Shown: positions 1 to 8,040 of the stretch, piece by piece
Position numbering within the stretch: position 1 is the first letter of the stretch
Layout: the number at the start of each line of letters is the position of its first letter
Origin: an uncultured Bacteroidota bacterium
Lineage (GTDB): Bacteria > Bacteroidota > Ignavibacteria > Kryptoniales > JAKASW01
Length of the DNA: 64,000 bases
Assembly: GCA_963703365.1 (NCBI GenBank)
Contig: OY969815.1
Coordinates: forward strand, 3,080,577-3,144,576
Reading direction: 5' to 3'
Translations under genes and position numbers: made by a program
Notes under the pieces: model-generated
What the model was told of the DNA's origin: nothing
Databases searched by the model: none
The model's input: the letters and a program-made list of their open reading frames with translations, nothing else

Positions 1-267
1 TCCGTCTATCTTCACGCCGAAGGCATTCTCTATGGCATGAACGGAACTCATCTGGTAAGCTATGGGACAGATTCCGCAAATGCGCGCGGTGATGTCGGGC
101 GCTTCCGAATACTTCCTGCCGCGCAAGAAAGCTTCGAAGAACCGCGGCGGCTCGAAAACCTTGAACTTGACATCGTCAACCTGGCCGTCCTTAGTCTTTA
201 TGAGAAGCGAGCTTTCGCCTTCGACTCGCGCAAGGTAATCGACTTTTATAGCTTTGTTATTTTTCAT
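1..267 (-). CDS. [NiFe]-hydrogenase large (alpha) subunit, N-terminal 89 codons only. The gene continues beyond the window start.
   Basis: This ORF is not in the ORF track. My own minus-strand translation from the ATG at 267..265 gives [72 protein letters not shown]... It contains the N-terminal Ni-Fe ligand motif RxCGxC (RICGIC). It overlaps the stop of the small-subunit gene by 11 nt. Confidence 0.85.
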   Translation of the reverse strand, partial: MKNNKAIKVDYLARVEGESSLLIKTKDGQVDDVKFKVFEPPRFFEAFLRGRKYSEAPDITARICGICPIAYQMSSVHAIENAFGVKIDG

Positions 268-1045
268 GCGCTTCACTCTCTCTTCGAAATGCGTCTGCGT
301 AAGCGTTGAATTTCCGGAAGTCAAGTGAAATATCAAGCTCGGTCAGACCGAGCTCTTTGAAATGTTCAGCAAGAGAAGATGTGTTAGGGGATTCCATCGG
401 TCCGAAGCAGCCGTAACAGCCGCGATTGTAAGACGGACAAATTGCGCCGCACCCGGCTTGAGTCACCGGTCCAAGACACGGTGTTCCCTGTGCCACCATG
501 ACGCAAACGCTTCCTTTCAGTTTGCACTCGATGCAGACGCTATATGCATAAATATTAGGTTTTCGTTTATTGAGAAATGCGCTGATGACTTCGATAAGTT
601 GATATTTGTTTATCGGACAGCCGCGAAGCTCATAATCAACATGAACGAACGAGCCGATCGGTAGGGACCTGTCGAGAGTTGAAATGTATTCCGGCGACCC
701 ATAAACTATGCGGATGAAATCCTTGATGTCCTTCCAATTCCTGAGTGCCTGAATTCCACCGGCTGTTGCACAGGCGCCGATAGTGATCAGTGCGCCGCAC
801 GACTTTCTTATTTCCCTTATGTGTTCGACGTCGTTCGGTGTTGTAATGCTGCCTTCGACAATACCGATGTCGTAAGGCCCTTTCAGCATTCTCCGGCTTG
901 CTTCCGGGAAAAATGCGATGTCGATCGCTTCGGCGACATCAAGAAGTTCTTTTTCCGCATCCAAGAGCGAAAGCTGGCAGCCATCGCACGAAGCGAATTT
1001 GAAAACTGCTACTTTCGGCTTTCCGCCGTTCTTGCGTCCGGGCAT
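257..1045 (-). CDS. [NiFe]-hydrogenase small (delta) subunit, group 3b (sulfhydrogenase/NAD(P)-coupled) type
   Basis: It has the N-terminal [12 protein letters not shown] proximal-cluster motif and C-terminal Cys clusters (CIECK..., [24 protein letters not shown]). I chose the start at MPGRK (ATG at 1045), 1 nt after the upstream gene's stop, rather than the ORF-track start at 1159. Confidence 0.85.
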   Translation of the reverse strand: MPGRKNGGKPKVAVFKFASCDGCQLSLLDAEKELLDVAEAIDIAFFPEASRRMLKGPYDIGIVEGSITTPNDVEHIREIRKSCGALITIGACATAGGIQALRNWKDIKDFIRIVYGSPEYISTLDRSLPIGSFVHVDYELRGCPINKYQLIEVISAFLNKRKPNIYAYSVCIECKLKGSVCVMVAQGTPCLGPVTQAGCGAICPSYNRGCYGCFGPMESPNTSSLAEHFKELGLTELDISLDFRKFNAYADAFRRESEAHEK

Positions 1046-1046
1046 T

Positions 1047-1931
1047 TTATATTTCCTTTTTCTCAAGTAAATGGTAAACTTCCGGCAGCTTAAAAACAGG
1101 TCCGTCCTTGCAAATGAACTCCGGTCCAAACTGGCAATGGCCGCAGACTCCAATTCCACATTTCATATTTCTTTCCATTGAAATGTAAATCTGCTCTTGT
1201 GTTAGCCCGCGCCGCTGAAGCTCTTCAACTGTGAATTTCATCATAACTTCAGGTCCGCATACCATAGCGATCGTCGCCCTCGAATCCATCTTGATATAAG
1301 AAAATAAATTTGTCACGACGCCTATGTATCCTTTCCAGCTTGAGTCGCCACGATCGACGGTTATGATGACCTCGATATTCGGCAGCTTGCTCCACTGCTC
1401 AAGCTCGACGCGGTATAGAAGGTCGAGCGGGCTGCGCGCTCCGTATAGAATTATTACCCGCTTGAAATCTTCTCTTCGCCTGATCAGCGAATATATCACC
1501 GGTCTCAGTGGAGCCAATCCGATTCCACCGGCGGCGATGCAAACATCTTTGCCGACGGCTTCATCTAACGGCCATCCTTTGCCGTAAGGTCCGCGGAGTC
1601 CAATTAAGTCCCCGCGCTTCAACTTTGAAAGTGCCGACGTGACGGTTCCGACGCGATGAATCGTGTGTGCCAGCATATTCGGCTTCTTCGGATCGGAGCT
1701 GATGGAAATGGCGGATTCGCCGATGCCGAATGCATAAACCATGTTGAATTGGCCCGGCACGAATGAAAATATCTTGCCGTCGTTTTGCGGATGATCGATA
1801 AGAAGAGTAAATGTATCATCGGTTTCCCAGATCACTCTGCGAATTGCCGCGAGTGAAGGAATCATCGGGTTGTCAATCAAAGCTGCTGTTTCAAGAATCG
1901 ATTCGCTCATTCTAATTGGCTCCGATTTCAT
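1047..1931 (-). CDS. Hydrogenase gamma subunit: FAD/NAD(P)-binding oxidoreductase with a C-terminal 2Fe-2S site (PyrK/AsrB-like)
   Basis: It has a ferredoxin-reductase-like layout, a GGIGLAP nucleotide-binding motif and a C-terminal [10 protein letters not shown] cluster motif. It sits between the beta and delta subunit genes. Confidence 0.8.
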   Translation of the reverse strand: MKSEPIRMSESILETAALIDNPMIPSLAAIRRVIWETDDTFTLLIDHPQNDGKIFSFVPGQFNMVYAFGIGESAISISSDPKKPNMLAHTIHRVGTVTSALSKLKRGDLIGLRGPYGKGWPLDEAVGKDVCIAAGGIGLAPLRPVIYSLIRRREDFKRVIILYGARSPLDLLYRVELEQWSKLPNIEVIITVDRGDSSWKGYIGVVTNLFSYIKMDSRATIAMVCGPEVMMKFTVEELQRRGLTQEQIYISMERNMKCGIGVCGHCQFGPEFICKDGPVFKLPEVYHLLEKKEI

Positions 1932-1944
1932 TTTTCATTTTCTA

Positions 1945-2421
1945 CTACTTACTTTCTACTGCCATTCCATACATATCGAGCAATTGCAAGCGAGTGGCTT
2001 CAAGACGCCGTTCCAGCACTGCGGAAAATCTGCGCAACATTTCATATCCGAAGTGATGATCTGTTTCGCATTTCGTCCGTAAGCAAGTCGCATCTATTGC
2101 GAAGACATGAACTCCTTCCACCGCAACAGCATCGAAATGCCGGCGGTAGGGAGAAATAAGCCAAGACCATCCGAGTACTTCACCCGGTCCCAACGTCTGT
2201 ACCCTGATTTGCCCTTTCTCGCCGGCTTGAATCTCAAGTGCAACCCTGCCGCTTCGAATAAGGTAAAAGTTTGTTGCGTTTTCTCCTTCGCGGAATAAAC
2301 GTGCCCCTTCTTGAAGTACAACATTGGAAGCGCATGACGTCAAGGTTTCGATTAGGTCATCGCTCGTGTCGCTTAGGAAAGGATGCTTACGCAGAGATTG
2401 AGACAGATCGTGCTGTTCCAT
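1945..2421 (-). CDS. Standalone cyclic-nucleotide-binding (Crp/cNMP effector) domain protein with no HTH
   Basis: The 158-aa product contains ...VLQEGARLFREGENATNFYLIRSGRVALEI...GPGEVLGWSWL..., typical of the cNMP-binding beta-roll. An AAGGAG RBS precedes the ATG. The gene is embedded in the hydrogenase operon. Confidence 0.75.
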   Translation of the reverse strand: MEQHDLSQSLRKHPFLSDTSDDLIETLTSCASNVVLQEGARLFREGENATNFYLIRSGRVALEIQAGEKGQIRVQTLGPGEVLGWSWLISPYRRHFDAVAVEGVHVFAIDATCLRTKCETDHHFGYEMLRRFSAVLERRLEATRLQLLDMYGMAVESK

Positions 2422-2439
2422 GATATTCTCCTTCTTATC

Positions 2440-3579
2440 TTATTTTTCTGTACCTCTTAGAGCATTTATTTCGGCCGTTACGTCAATGCCGACAGGACAC
2501 CACGAGATGCATCTTCCGCATCCCACACATCCGAACACGCCAAACTGGTCCATCCATGATGAAAATTTGTGCGTCAACCATTGCCGGTAACGGGACTTCG
2601 TAGTAATGCGGAAATTCCCGCCTGCAACTTTAGAAAAATCCATGGTAAAGCATGAATCCCATCTTCTCAATCGCTCTGCGTTTTGACCCGACAAATCGGT
2701 TACGTCTTCGAGCGTGGAGCAGAAACAGGTCGGACAGACCATGGTGCAATTGCCGCAAGACAGACAGCGTTTAGCCACATCGTCCCAGTGAGAGCTTTCG
2801 AGATTATCCGAAAGAAACTTGGGCAGGTCTTTAGTCTTCAGCAATTTCTTCATTTTATTTTCAGCGCGGCAAATAAGCTTGTCGGCTTCCTCAACTTCTT
2901 CCTTCGTGGCTGCAGGTGTTTTGATCTGTTCCATGATCATAGACCCGCGTTCGCTACCGATTTCAGTGAGGAAGTAGTGATCGCCGTTGGTGAGAACTTC
3001 CGTCATGGCAAGGTCAAATTTCTCTTTTGCCTTCGGTCCTGCATTCATCGAGGCGCAAAAACAAGTTCCGCCTGCATCGGTGCAATTAACCGCAACAACA
3101 AAAGCATTTTCTCTTAATCGTTTATAGTATTGGTCTGGATAATTATCGGAATCGAACACCATGTCCTGGATTAAAATTGCACTAAGTTCGCACGGCCGTA
3201 CCCCGATGAAAGCATACTTGATATTGGGATCCTGGTCGCCGGATATTTCGAGAGTTTTCCCGCTTTTTTTAATCGAGAATAATTTTCTATGAGGCGGATC
3301 GAGAAAACGTTTCCATGACTGCGGTGCAGCATGAAAGCCGAAAAATTTCTGTTTGTTTTGCTTCACGAGCCGATAAGTTGACGGCGCTTGCTCGTCTGTC
3401 CAGCCCATCGGTAGTTCGTTGGTGCCGTCGATCTTGTCGTAAACGATTGCTCCGTCTCGAAAAACCGGACCTACGGTCATGTAACCATCTTTTTGGAGTG
3501 CAGTGAATAGCTGTTGAAAATTTTTGTGGCTTAGCTTGAGAATTTTGTCCATGGTAGCAAACAGTTTTGTCGTATTCAC
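2440..3579 (-). CDS. Hydrogenase beta subunit: 4Fe-4S dicluster protein (AsrA/HydB-like)
   Basis: It has two ferredoxin-type motifs, CLSCGNCTMVCPTCFC and CVGCGRCISWCP. It is the first gene of the minus-strand operon. The start is either GTG at 3579 or ATG at 3552. Confidence 0.8.
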   Translation of the reverse strand: MNTTKLFATMDKILKLSHKNFQQLFTALQKDGYMTVGPVFRDGAIVYDKIDGTNELPMGWTDEQAPSTYRLVKQNKQKFFGFHAAPQSWKRFLDPPHRKLFSIKKSGKTLEISGDQDPNIKYAFIGVRPCELSAILIQDMVFDSDNYPDQYYKRLRENAFVVAVNCTDAGGTCFCASMNAGPKAKEKFDLAMTEVLTNGDHYFLTEIGSERGSMIMEQIKTPAATKEEVEEADKLICRAENKMKKLLKTKDLPKFLSDNLESSHWDDVAKRCLSCGNCTMVCPTCFCSTLEDVTDLSGQNAERLRRWDSCFTMDFSKVAGGNFRITTKSRYRQWLTHKFSSWMDQFGVFGCVGCGRCISWCPVGIDVTAEINALRGTEK

Positions 3580-3836
3580 GACTTCAACGAGTATGCCGTC
3601 ATTTCGTTCGAAAACAAAATGAAAAAGGCACGTCTCCGCGTTTGCGATAGCTTTTTTGGGACAAAATGCACCTCCGGTTCGATTTTGACACTGTGAATTT
3701 TTTGCTAATTGGATTTTTTGGCAAATTTTTCAAATTGAGATATCCGTTTCCGGCCGTTCCGGCGTGAACTAATAGGGCAATTTTCTGGTTTTACAAATGA
3801 GTAAGCTGACATTCAAAATTAAAAAGGAGTTGCAAG

Positions 3837-5798
3837 ATGGCGCAGAAAGACACCGGCGGGTCGGAGAAGAGTCGGTTACAGAATGCCCAATCAGATGGGG
3901 GTAACAATAAAAATCTTGGTGGCGAATTTTTTTATCCAGCGCCGGAAGTTGTCGCCCAGGCAAATGTGCAAAACCCTGAGTCGGTTTACAAGGAAGCGGA
4001 GACGGACCTTGAAGGCTTTTGGAGCAGACGAGCAAGCGAACTTGAGTGGTACAAGAAATGGGACAAAGTCCTTGACGATTCGAACAAGCCGTTTTATAAA
4101 TGGTTTGTCGGCGGCAAAACAAATATTGTCCTTAATGCACTCGATCGTCATGTGAAGACATGGCGACGGAACAAACTCGCTCTGATCTGGGAGGGGGAGA
4201 ACGGAGATCTGCGGACATTTTCATATCACGCTTTGAACAGGGAAGTCTGCCGGTTCGCGAACGTGCTGAGAAGTATGGGAGTGGGGAAAGGAGACAGGGT
4301 AACGATTTATATGCCTCGAATTCCCGAAACGGTGATTGCCATGCTTGCAACTGCGAAGATCGGTGCAATACACTCCGTAGTTTACGGGGGCTTTTCCGTA
4401 GAGGCACTTCATGGCAGGATAGAAGACAGCGAATCCAAAGTAATTGTTACTGCCGATGGAGGGTACATGAATGGAAAGACAGTCGAGCTGAAGAAGATTG
4501 TGGATGAAGCTTTGAAACGCACCGCTGCACCGGAGATAGTGATTGTCGTGAAGCGCACAGGCAAAGAAGTCCCGATGGAAGCGGGACGCGATTATTGGTA
4601 TCATGAGCTAATGAACCTGCCGCTGAGCCGCAACGGCGGCAAATCTCCCACAGAAGAAATGGATGCCGAAGATCCTCTTTACATTTTATATACATCTGGC
4701 ACTACCGGGAAGCCGAAAGCAATTCTTCACACTCACGGCGGGTATATGGTCGGGACGTATTCAACTCTGAAAGACGTATTCGATCTGAAAGAAGAAGATC
4801 GATGGTGGTGTACTGCCGACCCTGGCTGGGTTACCGGACATTCCTATATTGTCTATGCGCCGCTCGTGGCGGGAGCAACTTCGTTTATGTATGAAGGCGC
4901 ACCAACGTATCCATATCCAGATAGATGGTGGACGATGATAGAAAAGTATGGCATCACGGTTTTCTATGCGACGCCGACTGCGATCCGCGGATTGATGCGA
5001 TATGGCGAGGCATGGCCGAACCGGCACGATCTTTCTACGCTGAGATTGCTCGGCTCGGTCGGTGAGCCCATAAATCCGGAAGCATGGCGGTGGTATCACA
5101 GAGTCGTCGGTAAAGAGAAATGTCCTATCATGGATACGTGGTGGCAAACCGAAACGGGAATGTTTATGATTGCGCCATTGCCGACGACACCGCTTAAACC
5201 CGGTTCGGGAACGAAGCCGTACTTCGGCGTGCAGGCAGACGTGGTTGATGAGGCAGGCAATCCCGTGAAACTCGGTGAAGAGGGCTATTTGGTTCTAAAG
5301 CGACCATGGCCTGCAATGCTGCGAACAATTTACAAAGACCCCGATCGATACGTCAGCACTTACTGGAGTAAATTCCCCGGGTATTATTTTGTAGGTGACT
5401 CTGCGAGAAAGGATGAAGATGGATATTTCTGGATAATCGGCAGGGTCGACGACGTTATAAAAGTCAGCGGCTACAGACTTGGCACGGCAGAACTCGAGTC
5501 AGCGTTTGTCAGCCATCATGCCGTTGCTGAGGCCGCAGTAATTGGACTTCCGCACGAAATAAAAGGGATTGCAATTCATGCATATGTAACTTTGAAAGCC
5601 GGATTCGAAGGGAGCGAAGATTTAGCAGAAGAATTAAGGCAGCATGTGGCTCATGAAATGGGACCGATTGCAAAACCCGAGAAAATAAATTTCACGACTT
5701 CGCTTCCGAAAACGCGGAGCGGGAAAATCATGCGGCGGGTCTTAAAAGCACGGGCACTTGGAATGCCGGAAGGTGATCTAAGTACATTGGAAGAATAA
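3837..5798 (+). CDS. acs: Acetyl-CoA synthetase (AMP-forming)
   Basis: The 653-aa product has the [14 protein letters not shown]-binding motif, a WWQTETG motif and a C-terminal [11 protein letters not shown] motif. An AAAAGGAG RBS precedes the start. Confidence 0.95.
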   Translation: MAQKDTGGSEKSRLQNAQSDGGNNKNLGGEFFYPAPEVVAQANVQNPESVYKEAETDLEGFWSRRASELEWYKKWDKVLDDSNKPFYKWFVGGKTNIVLNALDRHVKTWRRNKLALIWEGENGDLRTFSYHALNREVCRFANVLRSMGVGKGDRVTIYMPRIPETVIAMLATAKIGAIHSVVYGGFSVEALHGRIEDSESKVIVTADGGYMNGKTVELKKIVDEALKRTAAPEIVIVVKRTGKEVPMEAGRDYWYHELMNLPLSRNGGKSPTEEMDAEDPLYILYTSGTTGKPKAILHTHGGYMVGTYSTLKDVFDLKEEDRWWCTADPGWVTGHSYIVYAPLVAGATSFMYEGAPTYPYPDRWWTMIEKYGITVFYATPTAIRGLMRYGEAWPNRHDLSTLRLLGSVGEPINPEAWRWYHRVVGKEKCPIMDTWWQTETGMFMIAPLPTTPLKPGSGTKPYFGVQADVVDEAGNPVKLGEEGYLVLKRPWPAMLRTIYKDPDRYVSTYWSKFPGYYFVGDSARKDEDGYFWIIGRVDDVIKVSGYRLGTAELESAFVSHHAVAEAAVIGLPHEIKGIAIHAYVTLKAGFEGSEDLAEELRQHVAHEMGPIAKPEKINFTTSLPKTRSGKIMRRVLKARALGMPEGDLSTLEE

Positions 5799-5842
5799 AC
5801 CGTCCAACAATTTCCTCTGTGCTATCGTCGCTGCTCATTCCG

Positions 5843-6514
5843 TCAGCTTGAGCCGGTGGTTAGGCGTTTTCGCTTTTGCTTTGCAATATATTTATTGTGA
5901 AGATCGATAAATAATTTCATTAAGCCATAGGCATCTGTTAAACACTGATTTTGCATTTTTTCTGTTACTGCAAATATATTGCCCCTATGAATCAACCTAT
6001 TGCGATTATGACGCAACTTTTGGTAAAAGGAAATAATATTTGTATAGTCGATTCTTGATTGCCGACTTAACTGTTTTACAATGTCACTGAATTTAGTATC
6101 CGTAAGATTATGGAATAAAGAGAGCTTTTCGGTCATCGAATCACTTGATAATAATCTATCTTGCAAAGCATCAGGAATATTTTGTTTGATCATCAGATGA
6201 CTGAGGAAATCATCAAATAGCACTTCACCAAGTGAAGAATAAAAAACAACAATCGCCAATCTGTGGTTTGAATTTAATGAAGGGAATATCTTAAGATTAT
6301 CAGAAGGGCTTGCATTTATGTTGTGGTATTCAAGCATAAGATGAGCAAGACTCATAACACCAAAAGTGAAGAATTGTATCGTACCCTTACTTCGGCCTTT
6401 GCAGCGTGAGCAATTAAAGCCAATACTAATCGTGACATATCCGCAAGTCTTGCACCTATGGCTATTGGTCACAATATGCTTAATTGAATGACTCTCATAT
6501 TCTGGAATAGACAT
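5843..6514 (-). CDS. Hypothetical protein: N-terminal CxxC-x10-CxxC zinc ribbon plus a C-terminal HEPN-like region with an RNxxxH motif
   Basis: The 223-aa product has C21xxC24...C35xxC38. The motif RNRLIH (aa 171-176, nt 5987-6004) fits the HEPN Rx4-6H signature. GC is about 30% against about 45% in the flanks. Confidence 0.6.
   Translation of the reverse strand: MSIPEYESHSIKHIVTNSHRCKTCGYVTISIGFNCSRCKGRSKGTIQFFTFGVMSLAHLMLEYHNINASPSDNLKIFPSLNSNHRLAIVVFYSSLGEVLFDDFLSHLMIKQNIPDALQDRLLSSDSMTEKLSLFHNLTDTKFSDIVKQLSRQSRIDYTNIISFYQKLRHNRNRLIHRGNIFAVTEKMQNQCLTDAYGLMKLFIDLHNKYIAKQKRKRLTTGSS
5857..5872. repeat. Left arm of a 16-bp perfect inverted repeat (TGGTTAGGCGTTTTCG)
   Basis: It is the exact reverse complement of 6532-6547. 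It lies inside the last codons of the 223-aa ORF. Confidence 0.9.
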
Positions 6515-6531
6515 ATATCAATCCTAAAACA

Positions 6532-6547
6532 CGAAAACGCCTAACCA
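6532..6547. repeat. Right arm of a 16-bp perfect inverted repeat (CGAAAACGCCTAACCA)
   Basis: It is the exact reverse complement of 5857-5872. It lies 18 nt upstream of the ORF's start codon. Confidence 0.9.
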
Positions 6548-6653
6548 TAATTAGCCTGCCATATATCGGCATAACATTCCGGCAGTAAGAATGCTATTTG
6601 TGACCATGACATTTGTCCTTGTCTCCTTTCTAAAGTGCTCCGCGTACGATAAT

Positions 6654-7280
6654 TCATTTTGTTTTCCTAAACATTAGCACAACTTCTCCTGCAACGAAGA
6701 ACTGTCTGTCATCAGGAGAAAAGCTCAGCACCTGGTAAGATTTATTTGAAGGTTTAAGATGCATTTTCTCATTTGCCAATTCGAAAAATCTTACGATCAA
6801 AACTCCGGCGGCACTTCCGAGAACAAGCGAGTTCTGTTCCGGCGTCACAACTCTTCTGCATATTACATAATCGCCTTTAAATAATCCCACGAGGTTCATC
6901 CCGTCGTCTGAAACTTTCACAGCGAAAAGTTCGCCTTCGGGTAGAAGCTTCGCGTCAAAGTGGAGCACATCTATAATGTTCGAGAAAATAATTTCTCGCG
7001 ATTCAATTCTTAAGACGACTGGAATAGTCCGAACCGATGGCGGCAGATCAGGATTTGCGAGTTCTGTTTTCGGAAGATTAATTCCACGTGAGCGCCCTGC
7101 CTCGCGTTCGATGTACCCCTTTCTTTCAAGTGCCTTCAACAAGTCGCTGACCGCTCGCGTCGAGCTGATTCCCATCTGTGCACCCAATTCACGGAATGTC
7201 GGCGGCTTCGAGTGATCTTTAATATATCGCCGAATGAACTCGAGCGCCTCACCTTGCCTTTTCGTTAATCCTCTCGCCAT
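6654..7280 (-). CDS. LexA-family protein (LexA wHTH plus S24-like fold) with apparently degenerate autoproteolysis residues
   Basis: The N-terminus LTKRQGEALEFIRRYIKDHSKPPTFRELGAQMGISSTRAVSDLLKALERKGYIE...SRGI matches the LexA DNA-binding domain. The C-terminal half aligns by eye with E. coli LexA but differs at key positions (see findings). I chose the start at MARGL (7280). Confidence 0.8.
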   Translation of the reverse strand: MARGLTKRQGEALEFIRRYIKDHSKPPTFRELGAQMGISSTRAVSDLLKALERKGYIEREAGRSRGINLPKTELANPDLPPSVRTIPVVLRIESREIIFSNIIDVLHFDAKLLPEGELFAVKVSDDGMNLVGLFKGDYVICRRVVTPEQNSLVLGSAAGVLIVRFFELANEKMHLKPSNKSYQVLSFSPDDRQFFVAGEVVLMFRKTK

Positions 7281-7432
7281 CAGAAAGTAAATTACACAAC
7301 ACAAGTTTAGCGGTCAAGAAGCATAAAGTACTTTTATTTGCTTTGTTTAGTATAAATATTATAACGGCAGTATATATGAAAAACACTTGAAATCTCTGAG
7401 AATTCAAGGGGATTTTTCTCGGTGATATTTAG

Positions 7433-7500
7433 GTGGGAAATTGTGACAAAAAACTTCTTGACTTTTGGAGCGTATTGGTTAAATTTCCAACGTGGTGGGG
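7433..7500 (+). promoter_or_regulatory. Candidate mraZ/dcw promoter-operator region with GTGGGR direct repeats
   Basis: GTGGGA lies at 7433-7438. GTGGGG lies at 7485-7490 and 7495-7500 (10-bp phase, GTGGGGAAAAGTGGGGAAGT). A TTGACT-N16-TAAATT element lies between them (7459-7486). Confidence 0.4.
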
Positions 7501-7581
7501 AAAAGTGGGGAAGTCCCCGATTTTTCCCTCGTTTACTAAAAAAATGTGTCCGAAGAATCTTTCGGAAAATTTAAGAGGAAC

Positions 7582-8040
7582 ATGTCGTCATTTAAAGGCC
7601 GGTACGAATACGTTTTAGATTCCAAAGGACGACTCAGCATTCCGGCGAAGTTGCGGAAAAGTCTTTCGTCGGAAGCAAACGACACTTTCGTTGTAACTCG
7701 TGGAGTCGAAAAATGTTTGTATGTTTATCCCCTCGACGAATGGCGGCAGCTCGAAGAAAAGCTCCGTTCCCTCAACCAGTTTCTGGAAAAACATAGATAC
7801 TTCACCAGAACACTTCTCATGTGGGCGTCGGAAGAATTTCCCTTGGACTCACAATCACGCATAACAATTCCCAAAACTTTACTCGAATTTGCTGAGATCG
7901 AAAAGGAAGTCGTGATCATCGGCGCTCTCGAAAGAATTGAACTCTGGAACCCGCAGACCTTCAACGAATATTTAAATTCGCAGCCTGAGAATTACGCGAA
8001 CGTTGTCGAACAAATTATGGCTGTAAATGTCGGCAAATAA
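7582..8040 (+). CDS. mraZ: Transcriptional regulator MraZ
   Basis: MSSFKGRYEYVLDSKGRLSIPAKLR and a second SpoVT/AbrB-like half (DSQSRITIPKTLL) are present. An AAGAGGA RBS precedes ATG 7582. It is the first gene of the dcw cluster. Confidence 0.9.
   Translation: MSSFKGRYEYVLDSKGRLSIPAKLRKSLSSEANDTFVVTRGVEKCLYVYPLDEWRQLEEKLRSLNQFLEKHRYFTRTLLMWASEEFPLDSQSRITIPKTLLEFAEIEKEVVIIGALERIELWNPQTFNEYLNSQPENYANVVEQIMAVNVGK

Noticed and set aside
37-309. 90-aa plus-strand ORF at the window start.
   Set aside because: It lies antisense to a reading frame that carries the [NiFe] large-subunit RICGIC motif. The minus-strand frame is the real gene.
3700-3760. TGGCA-containing sequences (TTTTGGCAAATTTTTCAA and TTGGGACAAAATGCAC) that could be sigma-54 promoters in the hydrogenase/acs divergent region.
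   Set aside because: The GG-to-GC spacing does not fit the -24/-12 consensus (TGGCAC-N5-TTGC) in either case.
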